A stretch of DNA of 64,000 nucleotides. Origin: the human T2T-CHM13v2.0 reference genome, Homo sapiens. Position 1 is the first letter of the stretch, and each line of letters opens with the position of its first letter. The position numbers and the translations under genes are program-made. The DNA is taken from NCBI GenBank assembly GCA_009914755.4, contig CP068257.2, forward strand, positions 25,312,001 to 25,376,000, read 5' to 3'. The notes under the pieces were generated by a model, which was given only the letters and a program-made list of their open reading frames with translations, was not told the DNA's origin and made no database searches. This document shows positions 42,969 to 57,700 of this stretch, piece by piece.

Positions 42969-44094
42969 AAAAAATTATTCAGCAGAGCTTCATTTTCTGA
43001 ATGATTGATTCTGCCATAAATTTTAACTTACCAAACAAACTCATACCAATAAAAGCTGTTCGTATCTGATTGTGGACTGTGATGAGTGTATGAGTGAGAT
43101 TTTATTTAGTAAACAGTTTTCCTTGCTAAAAATTAAAATATCTGATAACCGTGAATCTTATAGGTCTATACCCATTGAAAACCATGTTGTTTAATAGGCC
43201 TAAAAGAATGACTGTATAACATGAGTTGGCTAGTTGAGCCTTAATGACTATAATTGCATCCTTCTCTTTCAAAATAAACTCTATTTTCTCAATTCTGTCT
43301 CAGGGCTGTTTAGCACCTAAGCTATTTCATTTCAGATGTTTCTGGAACAATTTGGCATGCTGGTTTTCCCTCTATTTCTTCAAGTTTTCCTATAGAACAA
43401 GTCAATGTCTGGTTAATTAATTCATTGTTTCATTTAATTTTTATTATGATCTAGGCACTTTTCTAGAAATAGGATACAAAAATGATAAAAAGGACTTTAG
43501 AGATTCTTGTACTCAATTGTTATACCCGGTGGTTAATATCTTTTTCTTCCATGAGCCCATTAAGTTTTTGCTGTTGTCATTATGAATTCATTTGGTTGTT
43601 TTCTTTTCTTTCTCTGTTAATATCCCTTCAAGATATCTAGGCTATATATATTACCTTCCTAAATCACCGTGTGGAGCAGGGTAGACCAGCTTTTTGCTCC
43701 CACAGGTGGACCAGGGAAAGAAGCTAGACACGTATGTTCAGGAGTTTCCCACAGGATATTGTGAAGCTTAAATCATACCAAGAGATTGTCCTGCCCAGAA
43801 GCCAGGGGGATGGACTGTTAGGTCCCTTTTCAGTTAGCCATTGGCTATGAGGCAGCCCAGGAGTGGTGGTGGGGCGGAGTTAACTTGGTATGCATCTCCA
43901 GTTGAGTTAGCTCCTGTCTTGGTATAAGCTGTTAGCAGCCAACTACCGCAGCATCTAAGGGGTGAATACAGTGGTTCAGTGAAAGGAATCTGGGTAGGGC
44001 ACCAAGAAGTTATGTTGCAGATATTTTGAGAAGTGGGTAAATTTCACTGTAATAGAAATGTGATATTTGAGAAAGATGGATAACTGGTAGAGGC

Positions 44095-44624
<530 letters not shown>

Positions 44625-46013
44625 CTGTTTAGTTTCTTTGTAAAAACTTTATCACCTAATAGTGCCAATACTGTGTCTTGAATATGAAATTATACAATTA
44701 CGGCACTAAGATGACTCATTAGTCCAGGGATATGGTTATATTTGATCACACAACCTACAAGTTCTGTCATTATTCCATCCCACATAGTAACAAGGGTATG
44801 TAATCCCTGGATTGCCATTACCAGGTCGCAAATGGACCACCCTCATGACCCCATCATCAGCCATTGGTAATGATAAAAGAATAATGGAGACACCCCGACA
44901 AGGCACACATTGATTCAATTTTCAATGAACACAGACCCTGAAAGTGGCAAGAGTCTTTGGTGTTTTTTCCCCACATTTCAAATACAAGTGCACCTGTGTA
45001 TCCATTCATAGAGATTGAGCATTTAATCTCTATGAACTTTATTAATCTACCTGAAGACCTCCTAAATTCACCAGTCCAGTCTAATCTGGTGATGAAGCTG
45101 AAATGTCAGGAACTATGAGACATAGAATTGAGGCTTCATTATGTATGAGGCCCCACTGGGGCCAGGAACCTACTAGGCATCACTTGTTGGGGAAAAGAGC
45201 TCCTAAATTGAACATTGATTTCAAACTACAGTAAAAACTGGCTAGAATGCTAACTTTGCCCCCAAGATAAATCATAGTGTAGAGTTACTTCTAAATCTTA
45301 CTTATTAACCCAAATCAACATAATGACAACATCTATCACTTCTGGAATAGGACAAGTTTCTATTAGATCCTTACAAGCTTCCACTGTTCCCTGACTAATT
45401 AGTTAAAACTTCATCAAGACCAAATTACAAGGAAAAAACTTACGGTTTCCAAATACTTCTAAGAAATCACCAGCTCTTCCCTCTGGAACAACACACTCAG
45501 TGATGACCCAATAGTTCAGGATGCATCACATTAGGCCAAGATCCACTGTTAGACCAAGATGCCACCAAAACCAAACCACAGCTTTCAGCATCCACCATGT
45601 CGTTCCTATGCCAAAAAGGCCACAGACAGAAGTCAGAGGCCTTGCTAGTCCCTAAAGAACAGCACTAGACTCCATGAATTGTCAACAGTTGCACAAAGGA
45701 ATAAGTAAGTTCCAACCACCAGGCCCAACCCACAAGTTTCACTATTATAAATATCCAAAAGAGAGCTCTTTCACCTTTGCCTGGCAACAGACCTTCACAC
45801 TAAATCAATGCACTTAGCCTTGCAATGGTCTGTGCACTGCCTTCTCCTCAAACCAGACTCAAGTTAAGGTTTGGCAGGTCATCCAAAGCTTTTGACCAAT
45901 TTCTTCTTGCCAAATCCAAGCCCAGGGAAACTCTGCTTGCTCTTCCACTGAAGAGATTTCAGATCCCAGGATCCTCATCTTTCTAATGATAATCGTTTTC
46001 CTTATAAGAACCT

Positions 46014-46407
46014 GTATTCGTCCATTTTCACACTGCTATAAAGAAATACCGGAGACTGGGTAATTTATAAAGGAAAGACGTTTAATTGACTCACAGTTCC
46101 ACATGGCTTGGGAGGCCTTAGAAACTTACAATCATTGCAGAAGGTGAAGGAGAAGTAAGTACCTTGTTCACCGGTGGCAGAAAAGAGAAAGAGAATGAAG
46201 GGGGAAGAACCTATTATAAAACCATCAGATCTCGTGAGAATTAACTCACTATCACGAGAACAGGATTGGGGGAAACAGCTCCCGTGATTCAGTTATCTCC
46301 ACACAGGAAATAAGACACACGCATATGTCCCTCCCGTGACACGTAGGGATTATGGGAACTACAATGCAAGATGAGATTTGCGTGGGGACACAGCCAAACC
46401 ATATTAA
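46014..46407 (-). mobile_element. Solo MaLR LTR, THE1/MST family, antisense.
   Basis: The plus strand reads tgtattcgtccattttcacactgctataaagaaataccggagactgggtaatttataaagg ... cgtggggacacagccaaaccatattaa, i.e. the reverse complement of the THE1 termini. Confidence 0.8.
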
Positions 46408-46739
46408 CACCTAACAGTTTATACAAATTGAAAGCTCACACAGACTTTACTTTCAAGTAGAGATGATCCTAATGAAAATATAAGGGTCAAGTTTTCTTTG
46501 TATTATCCTTTCTATCTGTTGCCACAGCCCCTGATCCTGACAGTACCTTCTTAGTTCAGCCCTTCCTGGTGCTTAAGCATGACACTTAGGTGTAATGATG
46601 TTTTTCAGGATGAAAAGTGTTATTAGTTCTATCCTCTCTTTGGCTTGCAAACTGGTAAACCTGATAAAGAAATGTGCTCCAGAAACATTTTAACTGTGGC
46701 TTTTTTATTTATTAGTTTTTTTGAGGATAATGTCCTTAC

Positions 46740-47420
46740 CTTGTTTGCTAATTTTCTGGTGGTTTTCACACACTAAGCCATGACAGGCTTAAATTACTTC
46801 AGCCACCATGGAAAGCAGTCTGGATATTCCTCAAAAAACTTGAAACTACCATTTGACCCAGCAATCCCATTATTGAATATATACTCAAAGGAGTACAAAT
46901 CATTCTACCAGAAAGACATATGCATATGTACGTTCATTGCACCATTATTTACATTAGCAAAAACATGGAATCAATCTAGGTGCCCATCAATGGTAGACTG
47001 GATAAAGAAAATGTGGTGCATATACACCATGGAACACTATGCAGTCGTAAAAATAATGAGATCATATCCTTTGCAGCAACATGACTGGAGCTTGATGCCA
47101 TTATCCTTAGAAAACTGATGCAGGAACAGAAAATGAAATACTGAATATTTTTACTTGTAAGTGGGAGCTAAACATTGAGTCCATATGGACAAAAAGAAAG
47201 GAACAATAAACACAGGCCTACTTGAAAGGGGATGGTGGGAGGGGAGTGAGGATTGAAAAACTACCTATTAGGTATTATGCTGATTACCTGGGTGACAAAA
47301 TTGTCTGCACACCAAATCCCCGTGACATGCAATTCACCGCTGTAACAAACCTGCACACGTACCCCTTGAGCCTAAAATAAAAAATGAAAATAAAAACATA
47401 AATTATAAAAGAAGAAAGTT
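46740..47420 (+). mobile_element. L1 (LINE-1) 3' terminal fragment: ORF2 C-terminus plus 3'UTR, sense.
   Basis: The ORF 46780..47118 translates to ...LPFDPAIPLLNIYSKEYKS...FIAPLFTLAKTWNQSRCPSMVDWIKKMWCIYTMEHYAVVK, matching the L1 ORF2 C-terminus (IPFDPAIPLLGIYPKDYKS...FIAALFTIAKTWNQPKCPTMIDWIKKMWHIYTMEYYAAIK). It is followed by the L1 3'UTR (tgggagctaaacattgagtccatatggacaaaaag...) and an A-rich tail. Confidence 0.85.
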
Positions 47421-47425
47421 ATTTA

Positions 47426-47729
<304 letters not shown>

Positions 47730-49005
47730 GTTATTTAAAGAACCAAAATGATGAAGATGCAGATCACATTTTTGTGTTTTACTATGAAGATGCAAATACA
47801 GCAAACACTATGACCAATAACTGCCATTTATGAAGCACCTGCTGTCTGCCAGACATTTTAGGTGCAATATAATATTCAGCTGTAACAATAACCCTAAGAA
47901 ACAACTACTATTATCCTCATTATACATTTAACTCAACTGATGTTCAGAAATGTACATCATTTGTCCATAGCCAAGTAGTAATTAACAGAACTGCTGTTAG
48001 ACCCTGATTACTTGAGATGCTAGAATGAGGCCTCTTCTTTCACTGCCCTGTGGCCTCCCAGCTAAGTGAGATGAACTCAGGCTGGGGCATGTTTTCAGAA
48101 TGTGGTTTCTCGGGAGGTTTTTGCTCCAAATATTCTTTCACCAATGATTATGATGCTTGAAATTTCTCCAAAGGACATTTATTTCTCTGAGTCAGAAGGG
48201 ATTTTAGTTCATGTAGACTCTTAAACTAAAATACAAATGCACTTGAGGTTAAAATGAAGTTTAATTAGGTAACAACTTAACAATTACTGATGAATGGCTG
48301 GCCAGAGCTTCTGTGACATAGGAGAAAAAAGTCCACTGAAGGGATAAATGAGAGCAATCATAAAATTTGCCACTTTTACTTCTTAGAAATCTTGCCATTT
48401 TGGTTGCTTCTGACCTTGCTATGCAGTTTTCAAAACATCGGACTCGAAGAACAAAACATTTTGCTGAAGTGGAGTGATTTGTAACATTTGCATTTTAGAA
48501 GAGCAGTTGGGTATTCCCTTTGATGGAGTCTCTTAGAAGTGGTGGAAAGTAGGCCTTAGGAAATGGTCAATGGTTATCAGATGGCACTGGCTTATAAAAC
48601 CACAGGGCTCTGGGAATCTGCTCTATCTCTAACTCCAACTTATGGACAAGCACGTTAGTGGTCTGGGAGTTCTAGCAAAGGCCATGATTATTTTAAAAGG
48701 AATAGACTTGTTACAGTTTTTGGGGTCATGGATACATATGATTCTATGTGTCTGTGTGTATACTCTGTGTGTTTGAAATTTGAACTGAATGGTTTTCTTT
48801 ACAACATTTCTGAATACACCGACAAAATAGAAAAGGAATGAAAATATTAATTACTTTTTTGAATAATTGCATCTAAAGTGATAATCTTACCTCAAACATA
48901 GTTATTTCAAAGAGGCAGTTTCCTTAATATCAAATTCTTCTATATGTAGATATTCACTATACATGAGACTCAATAAATTGTTTTTCAAGTGAATTATTAG
49001 CCTTG

Positions 49006-49370
49006 CATTAGTTTGTTCTCATGCTGCTAATAAAGACATACTTGAGACTGGGTAATTTATAAAGAAAAAGAGGCTTAATGGACTCCCTGTTCCACATGGC
49101 TGGGGAGACCTCACAATCATTGTGGAAGGTGAAGGGGACGCAAGACATGTCTTACATGGCAGCAAGCAAGAGAGCTTGTGCAGGGGAACTCCCATTTATA
49201 AAACCATCAGATCAAGGTGAGACTTATTCACTACCAGGAGAACAGTATGGGGGAAACCACCCCCCTGATTCAATTATCTCTACCTGGCCCTGCCCTTGAC
49301 ATGTGAGGATTATTACAATTCAAGGTGTGGTTTGGGTGGGGACACAGCCAAACCTTATCAAGCCTCCATG
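49006..49370 (-). mobile_element. Solo MaLR LTR, THE1 family, antisense, full length. This is the source copy for the inverted duplication below.
   Basis: cattagtttgttctcatgctgctaataaagacatacttgagactgggtaatttataaag ... ggggacacagccaaaccttatca. The ORF 49078..49299 lies inside it and is an artefact. Confidence 0.8.
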
Positions 49371-49552
49371 ATAGATGGTGACATATGCTTTCACCAGTAG
49401 CAAAACACATTAGAAAAGAATCAGATTATAGAACTAAACTTCTTTAATAACAGCGACTTTTTAGTTTGAATTGAGAGAATTCTCAACTGATGGACTTTAA
49501 TTAAAATATTCAGAAATATGACTTTTGGAAATATCTCGATTAGGGTAAAATC
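49033..49552. repeat. Left arm of an inverted duplication (about 520 bp, about 98% identical to the reverse complement of 54181..54702).
   Basis: A manual reverse-complement alignment spans most of the THE1 LTR plus about 185 bp of unique flank. I counted only a few substitutions, including two CpG to TpG changes, and one 2-bp indel. The coordinate sum is constant (about 103735) across the arm. Confidence 0.85.
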
Positions 49553-52194
49553 ATAACTTTTAAAAAATATTTTGGAATACTTCCAAACTTACAGAAAAGT
49601 TACAAAAATAGGACAATATTTTTACCCTTAACCGTTTTTCAGGAAATAATTGTTTGATGCCCTTCACCTCTGAATACTCTAGTGTATAATTTCAACAAAG
49701 AAATTACCCAACATAACCATGATATAACCGTCCAAATCAGAAAATTAACACTGATAACATGACTGCCACCTTCTCCTCAGATCTCATTGAGGGTTTTCCA
49801 GTTGTCTTCAGAAAATGTCCTTGATAGCAAAAGAAACCATTCCAGGATTATGTATTATATTAATTTCATGTCTCTTTAATCTTCTTCAATCTGAGAGTTT
49901 CTCAGTCTTTCCTTCACTTTCATGACCTTGATGCATTGAAGATTATGGAACATATATTTTGTTCTGTCACTGCCTCTCCACCCGCCAAGTTTGGGTTTGC
50001 CTAACGTTTTCTTCCTGATTAGATTCGGATTTTGTGTATTAGCAGAAATATCATAGAAAGGGTACTTTGTTTTTGTTAGTGCATTCTATCAGAAGTTATG
50101 TGGTTTCAATTTGTCTCATTACTGGTGATGTTAACTTTGATCACTTGATTAACATGATTTCTGTCAAGTTTCTTCACTATAAAATTACACTTTTTTTGTA
50201 ATTAATACTTTTTCTGTAGGGAGGTACTTTAAAACTAGGTAACTATTCTATTCTTCATCAGTTTCTGCTGTGACTATTTCTCCCACTACATTAAAAATTT
50301 ATTATGACTGGCTTATTGGAAAGCTATTGATTTTATGTGTTTACCTTGTACTTAAGTGTGTTTCTAAACATTTATAAGTTCCAATAGATTTTTAAAAAAC
50401 AATTCCCATGAATTTTCTGTAGTAAATTATTTGCCAGTATAGTATGTAAGTCTTTTTATTTCCTTCCCTTATTTTATTGTCATGCCCAAGAATTCTAGTA
50501 AAATGTTAAATTTCTGGCTTAAATGAAAGTGCTTCTGAATTTTCTCCATTAATTACTGTTTTTAAGATGAACTTTTTACAGATGTATAATCAAATAGGTC
50601 TAGATTTCTAAGAAGACCGTTTTGTTTTATAAATCAAGAATGGCTATGTAAATTAGTAAATAATTTTTGGCAACTGTTGAATTGATAATATCTTTTTCCT
50701 TCAAATTTTAATATAGTAACTTAAATTGACATATTTTCTAAAATAAAAAGGACCTTATTCTTGGAACAAACTCTAGATAGTTATAATATATTTTTAATGT
50801 ACAGCTGGATTAAATCTGCTAATATTGTCATAGGATTTTCAAAACTTTATTCACAGGTGGTAGAGTCCTGTACTTGATTGTGTGTGTATGAGTGTGTCTA
50901 TGTGAGTGAGTATGCACTTTATTCTTATTTGCTTGTATGATCTTTCTTTGTTATAATTCTTATTAATTATAAGAATTCTTATTAATTATAACTAATTTCA
51001 GGGCTACCCTTGCATTAACCTCTTTCAAGTCCTGTTATCTAATTTTGTATTCGTAAGTGTGTATTCTCTTCTCTAAAAAAGATATTCCATGATTATGTAA
51101 ACAATGGATTCCAAAAGCTTGGATCACTCTTTGAGTTGAGCATATTAATGTTTGTCAACACAAGGAAATTCTAACCATAGAAATAGCCATATTGGTTTCA
51201 ACTCTGGGGACATGGAAGATGCAATCATCATGCTTCAGTGGAGCTTCTCAGCTCTAACTTCCAGTACCTACCTACTCAATAGGCGGATATGGGACAGGAA
51301 TTAGCCATGAGATAGCAGTTTATATGGTAGAAGGTGGATTGCTATGAGATTCTTGCATCTTATTTTGATAGATCTTTCTTGTTAAATCGTTGTTGATTAT
51401 ATCACAATAAATTAAATTATAGAACTGATTGTACTGCATGAACTCAAAATTTTGTCGATCCTAGAAAATGGGTTATAGATTTGATGAGTTTCCTTCCTTT
51501 TGCTATAAGCTCCATGATGGGCTCTCCATGATGGCAAGGACTGTATCTTGTTCGCTGTCTCTATTAGAATGTGAAACACATACTAAATAATCAGTGATTA
51601 TTTGAATGATTCTTGAATAAGGTTTTCCCAGAACAAATAACATTGTTTGTTTGGAATACATTACAAACTCAATACACGGTAAAGTGTGGACAAGCGTCAG
51701 GAAGAGTTTATGTCTTGTAAAGCTGCTTAATGACTGCTAAAGATAAGTTTTGCTTGGAATTTCTGGATTAATATGTTTAGATAATAAAATATTTTTATTT
51801 ATTTTAAAAATTATTAGGTCTGTCTTACAATGATAAAGTCATCGCATCTTAGCAGCTTTGATTCAGAGATAGGAAGCAACCAGGCAAAAAAGTTTTGACA
51901 TAATATAAGAACAAGAAACTTAAAAAGGAAAAAGAAATATTAAAAAATATAAGAACTCTAATTCAATTTATATTTAAATTTTGTAATCTAAAATATAAAA
52001 ATTAAGAATATATAATCCATGGCTCAAATAATACCCATCTGGGCTTCAATATATTCCACGAATCAAATTTAGATATTGTTTGTCTTGAGCAGAGCGTTTT
52101 TTCACCAGAATACCTTTTTTAGTTGAAAAAGCAAAGGCAAATGAAAACTATAGAAGTTCTAATTGCTAATAAAGAAATGCCATCTGAAAATTAC

Positions 52195-52530
52195 AGATAA
52201 TTTTATTTTAAAATTTTATTTCAATAGTTTTGGGGGTACAGGTGGTGTTTGGGTACATGGATACATTCTTTAATGGTGATTTCTAAGATTTTGGTGTACC
52301 CGTCACCGGAGCAGGGTCCACTGTACCCAATATGTAGGTTTTCATCCCTCACCCCCCTCCCACTCCTCCTCAGTGAGTCCCCAGAGTCCATTATATCATT
52401 CTTATGCCGTTGCATCCTCATAGCTTAGCTCCCCCTTATAAGTGAGAACATGCAATATTTGGTTTTCCATTCCTGAGTTACTTAAAATAATGGTGTCTAG
52501 CTCCACCCAAGTTGCCACAAAAGATATTAT
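52195..52530 (-). mobile_element. L1 3'UTR terminal fragment, antisense.
   Basis: ttttatttcaatagttttgggggtacaggtggtgtttgg...ccctcacccccctcccactcctcc...cttataagtgagaacatgcaatatttggttttccattcctgagttac is the reverse complement of the L1 3'UTR terminal region. A T-rich head (reverse-complemented poly-A) lies at the low-coordinate end. Confidence 0.75.
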
Positions 52531-54180
52531 TTTTAGATGTGTTGGAATGATTTGATTATTACTCTATAAAACAATGACCTGTCCCTTTGGTACAAGTCTT
52601 TAGCATACTTGCAGCCTTATAAAATATAATCAGATGATAGTAAGCCTTTTCTTTAATGAATTTGTCCTCACTCTACCCTTTTTCTCTTAGAGTATTTAAC
52701 ATAAAATAAAACTGATTATTTTTTCTCATACAATATTTAGCATAAAATAAAACATTATTAAACCATGTTTATGGCAGCCTTGTTTGATATCTCATTTTTT
52801 CTTAATTAAAAATTTTATGGCTCTCTGAATCACTTAGAATGAATTTTCTGAAGAGAAACATCAAGAACTTACATCTCATTTCTGTTGCTTTTTCAGGAAA
52901 TCTCATTTTTAGAATCTGTTTTATTACCACTGTTGTTTACCAGACCACAGAAATATCTCCTTTGACTGTCTAAAATCCATCTGCACAAATTATTTACCAA
53001 TCATCCTTTTAATGTGTCTGTGTGTTTCTTGAAGCTAGAGATAATGCTTTTTAGTCCTTTAAGCCATACCCTAATAGAGTAAGGCTTAAAGCAATGCATA
53101 AGAAATAGCAATACACAAGTAATATTAGTCTCTTTATTCACTCCCCACTATCATCTACTTCCTGAAAGCAGACTTTTGCTTCAATATATTCTAGCTGTCA
53201 AACATTATGGCACATTTTTCTGTTTCTGCCTCATTAGAATCACTAGGAGAGATTCTTTGCAGTAATTATCACACAAACTTCTCATCTTTATTAGGTGTTA
53301 TCTTCTGGCTCATTTGGCAGGAAGATTTGAGGAGCAAATACCCATAAACTTCACGATCACCTACAGGCTATAAGGAATGAGATTGCATATACAGGCTGGA
53401 TTTTAAGTTGATAATGTTTCATACTTTACTTGGAAACATAGTCCTGAAGCGTTGCATATTGGAAAGGATATTAATGTTATATTAATATTAGAGATGTCAT
53501 GAATTTAACTCGTATATCTGCTATTTACTGGTTTTCTTTGATTCTGGGATAGTTACCTTAATTTTCTCATTTGTAAAAGTCTACAACATAGGATAGCAAG
53601 GCATAATATTTTGGGGTGATGAAATGAGGTGCTCTATTTAAAAGAATATTTCTTACACAGACTTATAAAGAAAGATATATTGTATCATCAGTGATATTAA
53701 TTCATGGGACTCCAGTTTGGTGGCCCATGCCATATGATTGTAGACAGTATTACACAAAATGTTAACAACTAAACATCGCTTACCCTAGGAGAAAGATTTT
53801 TTAAGAACTCTATTACATTTTGTTCCATTTTAAGTTTTTTTTATGACTAAGAATGGTGTGTATCTTCTTTTATTATCTTTCAAATAAAAGATCCTAGAGA
53901 AGAATTTTAAAACGTACCATCAACCCAAGGGAAAAAGTACAGGTAGAAAACAGCCAAAACTGTCTAATGTGATCTATTTTGCAAACAGTATGGTAGTGGA
54001 TCCAAAATAGAATATTAAACCACACCACATAATCAGGATGGCAGTATGCTGCCTTATCTTATACTTTTAAAGAAAAAACAGTAAATGATGGTGGCTAAGC
54101 AGTAGAGTGGGGAAAATAGGATTCCAAAAAAACACGGTAGCATCTGGCATTGTGTTTAAACTAAAAAAATCAAAAACTAA

Positions 54181-54702
54181 GGTTTTACCCTAATCAAGAT
54201 ATTTCCAAAACAGTCATATTTCTGAATATTTTAATTAAAGTCCATCAGTTGAGAATTCTCTCAATTCAAACTAAAAAGTCACTGTTATTAAAGAAGTTTA
54301 GTTCTATAATCTGATTCTTTTCTAATGTGTTTTGCTACTGGTGAAAGCATATGTCACCATCTATCATGGAGGCTTGATAAGGTTTGGCTGTGTCCCCACC
54401 CAAACCACACCTTGAATTGTAATAATCCTCACATGTCAAGGGCAGGGCCAGGTAGAGATAATTGAATCATGGGGGTGGTTTCCCCCATACTGTTCTCCTG
54501 GTAGTGAATAAGTCTCACCTTGATCTGATGGTTTTATAAATGGGAGTTCCCCTGCACAAGCTCTCTTGCTTGCTGCCATGTAAGACATGTCTTGCTTCCC
54601 CTTCACCGTCCACAATGATTGTGAGGCCTCCCCAGCCATGTGGAACAGGGAGTCCATTAAGCCTCTTTTTCTTTATAAATTACCCAGTCTTATGTATGTC
54701 TT
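54181..54702. repeat. Right arm of the inverted duplication. It contains a 3'-truncated THE1 LTR copy (54375..54700, sense) plus the duplicated flank.
   Basis: The reverse complement of 54181..54374 matches 49370..49552 almost base for base. The LTR copy diverges from the source about 30 bp before the LTR end (gtatgtctt|catatgggagatt versus ...gtctttattagcagcatgagaac), which marks the duplication breakpoint inside the LTR. The ORF 54436..54657(-) mirrors ORF 49078..49299(+). Confidence 0.85.
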
Positions 54703-57700
54703 CATATGGGAGATTTTAAGGACAGCTTGTGGTAAATATTCTCTCAGGTAAGAACTTTGCAATACTTGTACATTGTGAGTAACGTGAGAAAATAAGAAAG
54801 GAGAACATTAAATATGAGGTATACTTACTGCTTGGATTATGTTTCCTGTTTGTGTTACTACATTTCAACCATAACATAATTCAACATTTAGATTTCACAT
54901 CTTATTTGTTTCTCTTGCTTTGTAAAAACAAAACATTTAAATTATTGTCATATATATGTCATACATATACATATTCAGACCATTTTGCAAATAAAATGGA
55001 AAATCAAGACAAATAATAAAACATTTATGTCAAAAAGTCTCAATCTCACAGTGACCTGAATTCCTAAAAGAATTAGCAAACCCAAAACCTGGTTCTGAAA
55101 TTTTGGTAAATTTCTCCAACCTCTCTTATGCCTTAGTGTTCCCATATTTAAATAGGAATATTAATATGAATATTATTATTCTGTAGGATTTTTGTGATTA
55201 TTTCAAAGGGTCCATTTATTAATTAAACTTGAGAAGCACTGGTCAAAGGTCCTCTGTTTCTATTAAATAGGGCCATTCAGTAATAATCTGTGTTCACTGT
55301 GGGGAGCAATTGCTGTTGATGTCCCCTGGTTCCCATCATACTTGTCTCCCCAGTCCCGCTCATGTCCCTGTATACCAAATGGCCAGAACCTGCATACCAA
55401 TGCCCAAGAGCTTTGCCCTGATGCTGGAGCCCCTTTAATGGCCACTGAAGACCAGGACTGTGGCTTTCAAAAAATGCTTTTGTTTGTAAATACCATAGCC
55501 CTCTTACCCTCATGTATGATAACTATAGAACTTGTGTTCTACATTGAATCCCAGAGTTTCTCTAATGGAGTTAGTCTGTAGTCTCTAGTGCCACTAGTAG
55601 TAGACACCTTTTATTAGCTGCCTTCTTTTTTTTAAATCTCACTCCCAACCTCCCTACCTGGCCTCTTTAACTTCCAAAATAAATGATTTGTATGGTATAC
55701 AAATTCTTGTCTCAGGGTCTGCTTTTGGGAAGCCCAAACCAAAACACCCTATTCTCAGGGTACTTTAACTTTACCATTTCCCAAAATAGTATACAAGATT
55801 TATGTAATTTTGATGTCCCTTTTATCTATTTAATCTGCTATGGAGAGGTATCAAAAATGTTCTTGGTCACACAATGATAGATGTCTTTGTGTCAATCTGC
55901 ATAGCACTGAATTCTTGTGGGTGGGCACCACCAGTCACAAAATATGAAAACCATAGGAAGGAGATGCTCTTGCCAAATGAGATCCCTAAGGGAAAATATT
56001 TTAAAAATTTGAGCCAATGATCACATTGTAAATATATGAGGACTTGGTATACCAGAAAGCTGGCTCTATAAATCAATAGTTTAAAAAGCAGATTGTTTAA
56101 TACATGCTATTGAGGAAACTACTTCCTCTATGGAAGAAAATAAAACTTTAGATGGATTAAAGAACTAAATATGAAAAGTACAAAACTATAAAATTGTTAG
56201 ATAAAAGTATAAGAAATTATCTTTTTGACATAAAGTTAAAAACAAGTTGCCAGAATAGGAAAAATATTGAGATAGCTAAAATTGAGAAGAGGGGAACAAA
56301 ACCTAAATAAAGTGCATGAAAATCAATAATTAAACGTAGAAAATGGGTAGTATCTAGGAATAGGAAAGTTAAAGAAGAGGAAACTTTAAAATCTTAGAAT
56401 CATATAATAAAATACATTGAATATTTAATGCCAGGGAAATGCAAATTAAAATGACGTATACATTTGTATATCTAAGACTGAAAAAAATTTACAAATCCAG
56501 CTAATGTCAAATGTTGGTGTGATCATAAAGTCTATCTGTTTGGATGGGCAAGCATTAGCTATGAAGACGAATAACACAAAAACCTTGGTGGCTAAATACA
56601 CTGAAGGTTTATTTATTGTTCATCCCACATGTAAATTACAGTGTTATAGTCCCCCACTCATGCACGCAGAAACCCAGGCTCATATATCACAACCAATTGA
56701 ACATTGTTGATCATCATGCAGGTGGGAAAAGGAAAGCTCTCTGAGCTGAAAATGGGGGGAGTTAGTTGTGGGGAACTGGGGCTTTGTATAAGCAAATAAA
56801 TGATGCGTGTAACTTCTGCCCACAATTCACTGGTCAGAAGTATCCATAGGTTTCCAACTACATGGAATGAAAGGAACCCTCAAGCATTTCTGGTAGAAGT
56901 GAAGGCTGCTTTGACCCATTTTTGCAGGGCAATATAGCAATACTTAGTCAAGTTAAGAATATTTGTACACTGTGTTCCATTTTCTTCTTAGTGACTTTAA
57001 AACATCTCTCTGTTAGACTGCTCTCAGCTAAAGGTGCTGCAAGACTCTCAGTTTTGTGTCCTAGAGTATCCTTCATTGCATTAGACTCTCTTAGCATTTG
57101 GAAAGATATCAATATATTGGAACTATCAATACCACTGAAGCAAGATACTTACGCCCTCCTCGGTCTTTCTTACAGATCAAAACTTGTTTCTGTCACAGTT
57201 AACTTTTTTAAAGATGCCAGATTTTTAACTTGTAAACAAAAATTCAAAGCTAAGCATATTTTTCATATAGATGTTTCCCAATAATACATGATGAGCAGTG
57301 ATGTCAAGCTACCTATTTTTAGTTTAATAATTGGATTTTCTTGCTCACCTGGAAGGACAGTCTTCACGGGGACAGAGAACTCGCTGTCACCCAGCCTGTC
57401 TGTGTCCTTGTTGCTATTTTTGAGACTTAATGGATTTCTCCCCTTTCTCTTCATCTGCATGATGCTCATCCACTCCGGTCCATTTGAATCTCAACCTAGT
57501 GTGCCTCTTGAAGAATGGTTTGCTTAAATTGCTATGGCAAAAAACAAAGCATAAGGGGGAAACTGTTTCTAGAATGAATCTTCTCCATTCATATTTCTGA
57601 GCAGTATTTGTTCAAAGCCTTAAGGATATAATCCAAGCCAAAAATAATGCATCTGAGGCCGCTGGCCCACAGATGCTCAGCAAGCCCTTGAAATGCACTT

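Noticed and set aside
49078-54657. A pair of near-identical 73-aa ORFs (MDSLFHMAGE[T/A]SQSLW...STWPCP) on opposite strands that looked like duplicated small genes.
   Set aside because: Both lie inside THE1 LTR copies that are mirror images because of the inverted duplication. The sequence is LTR-derived, similar ORFs occur in other THE1 copies (e.g. 59550..59768), and there is no coding signature.
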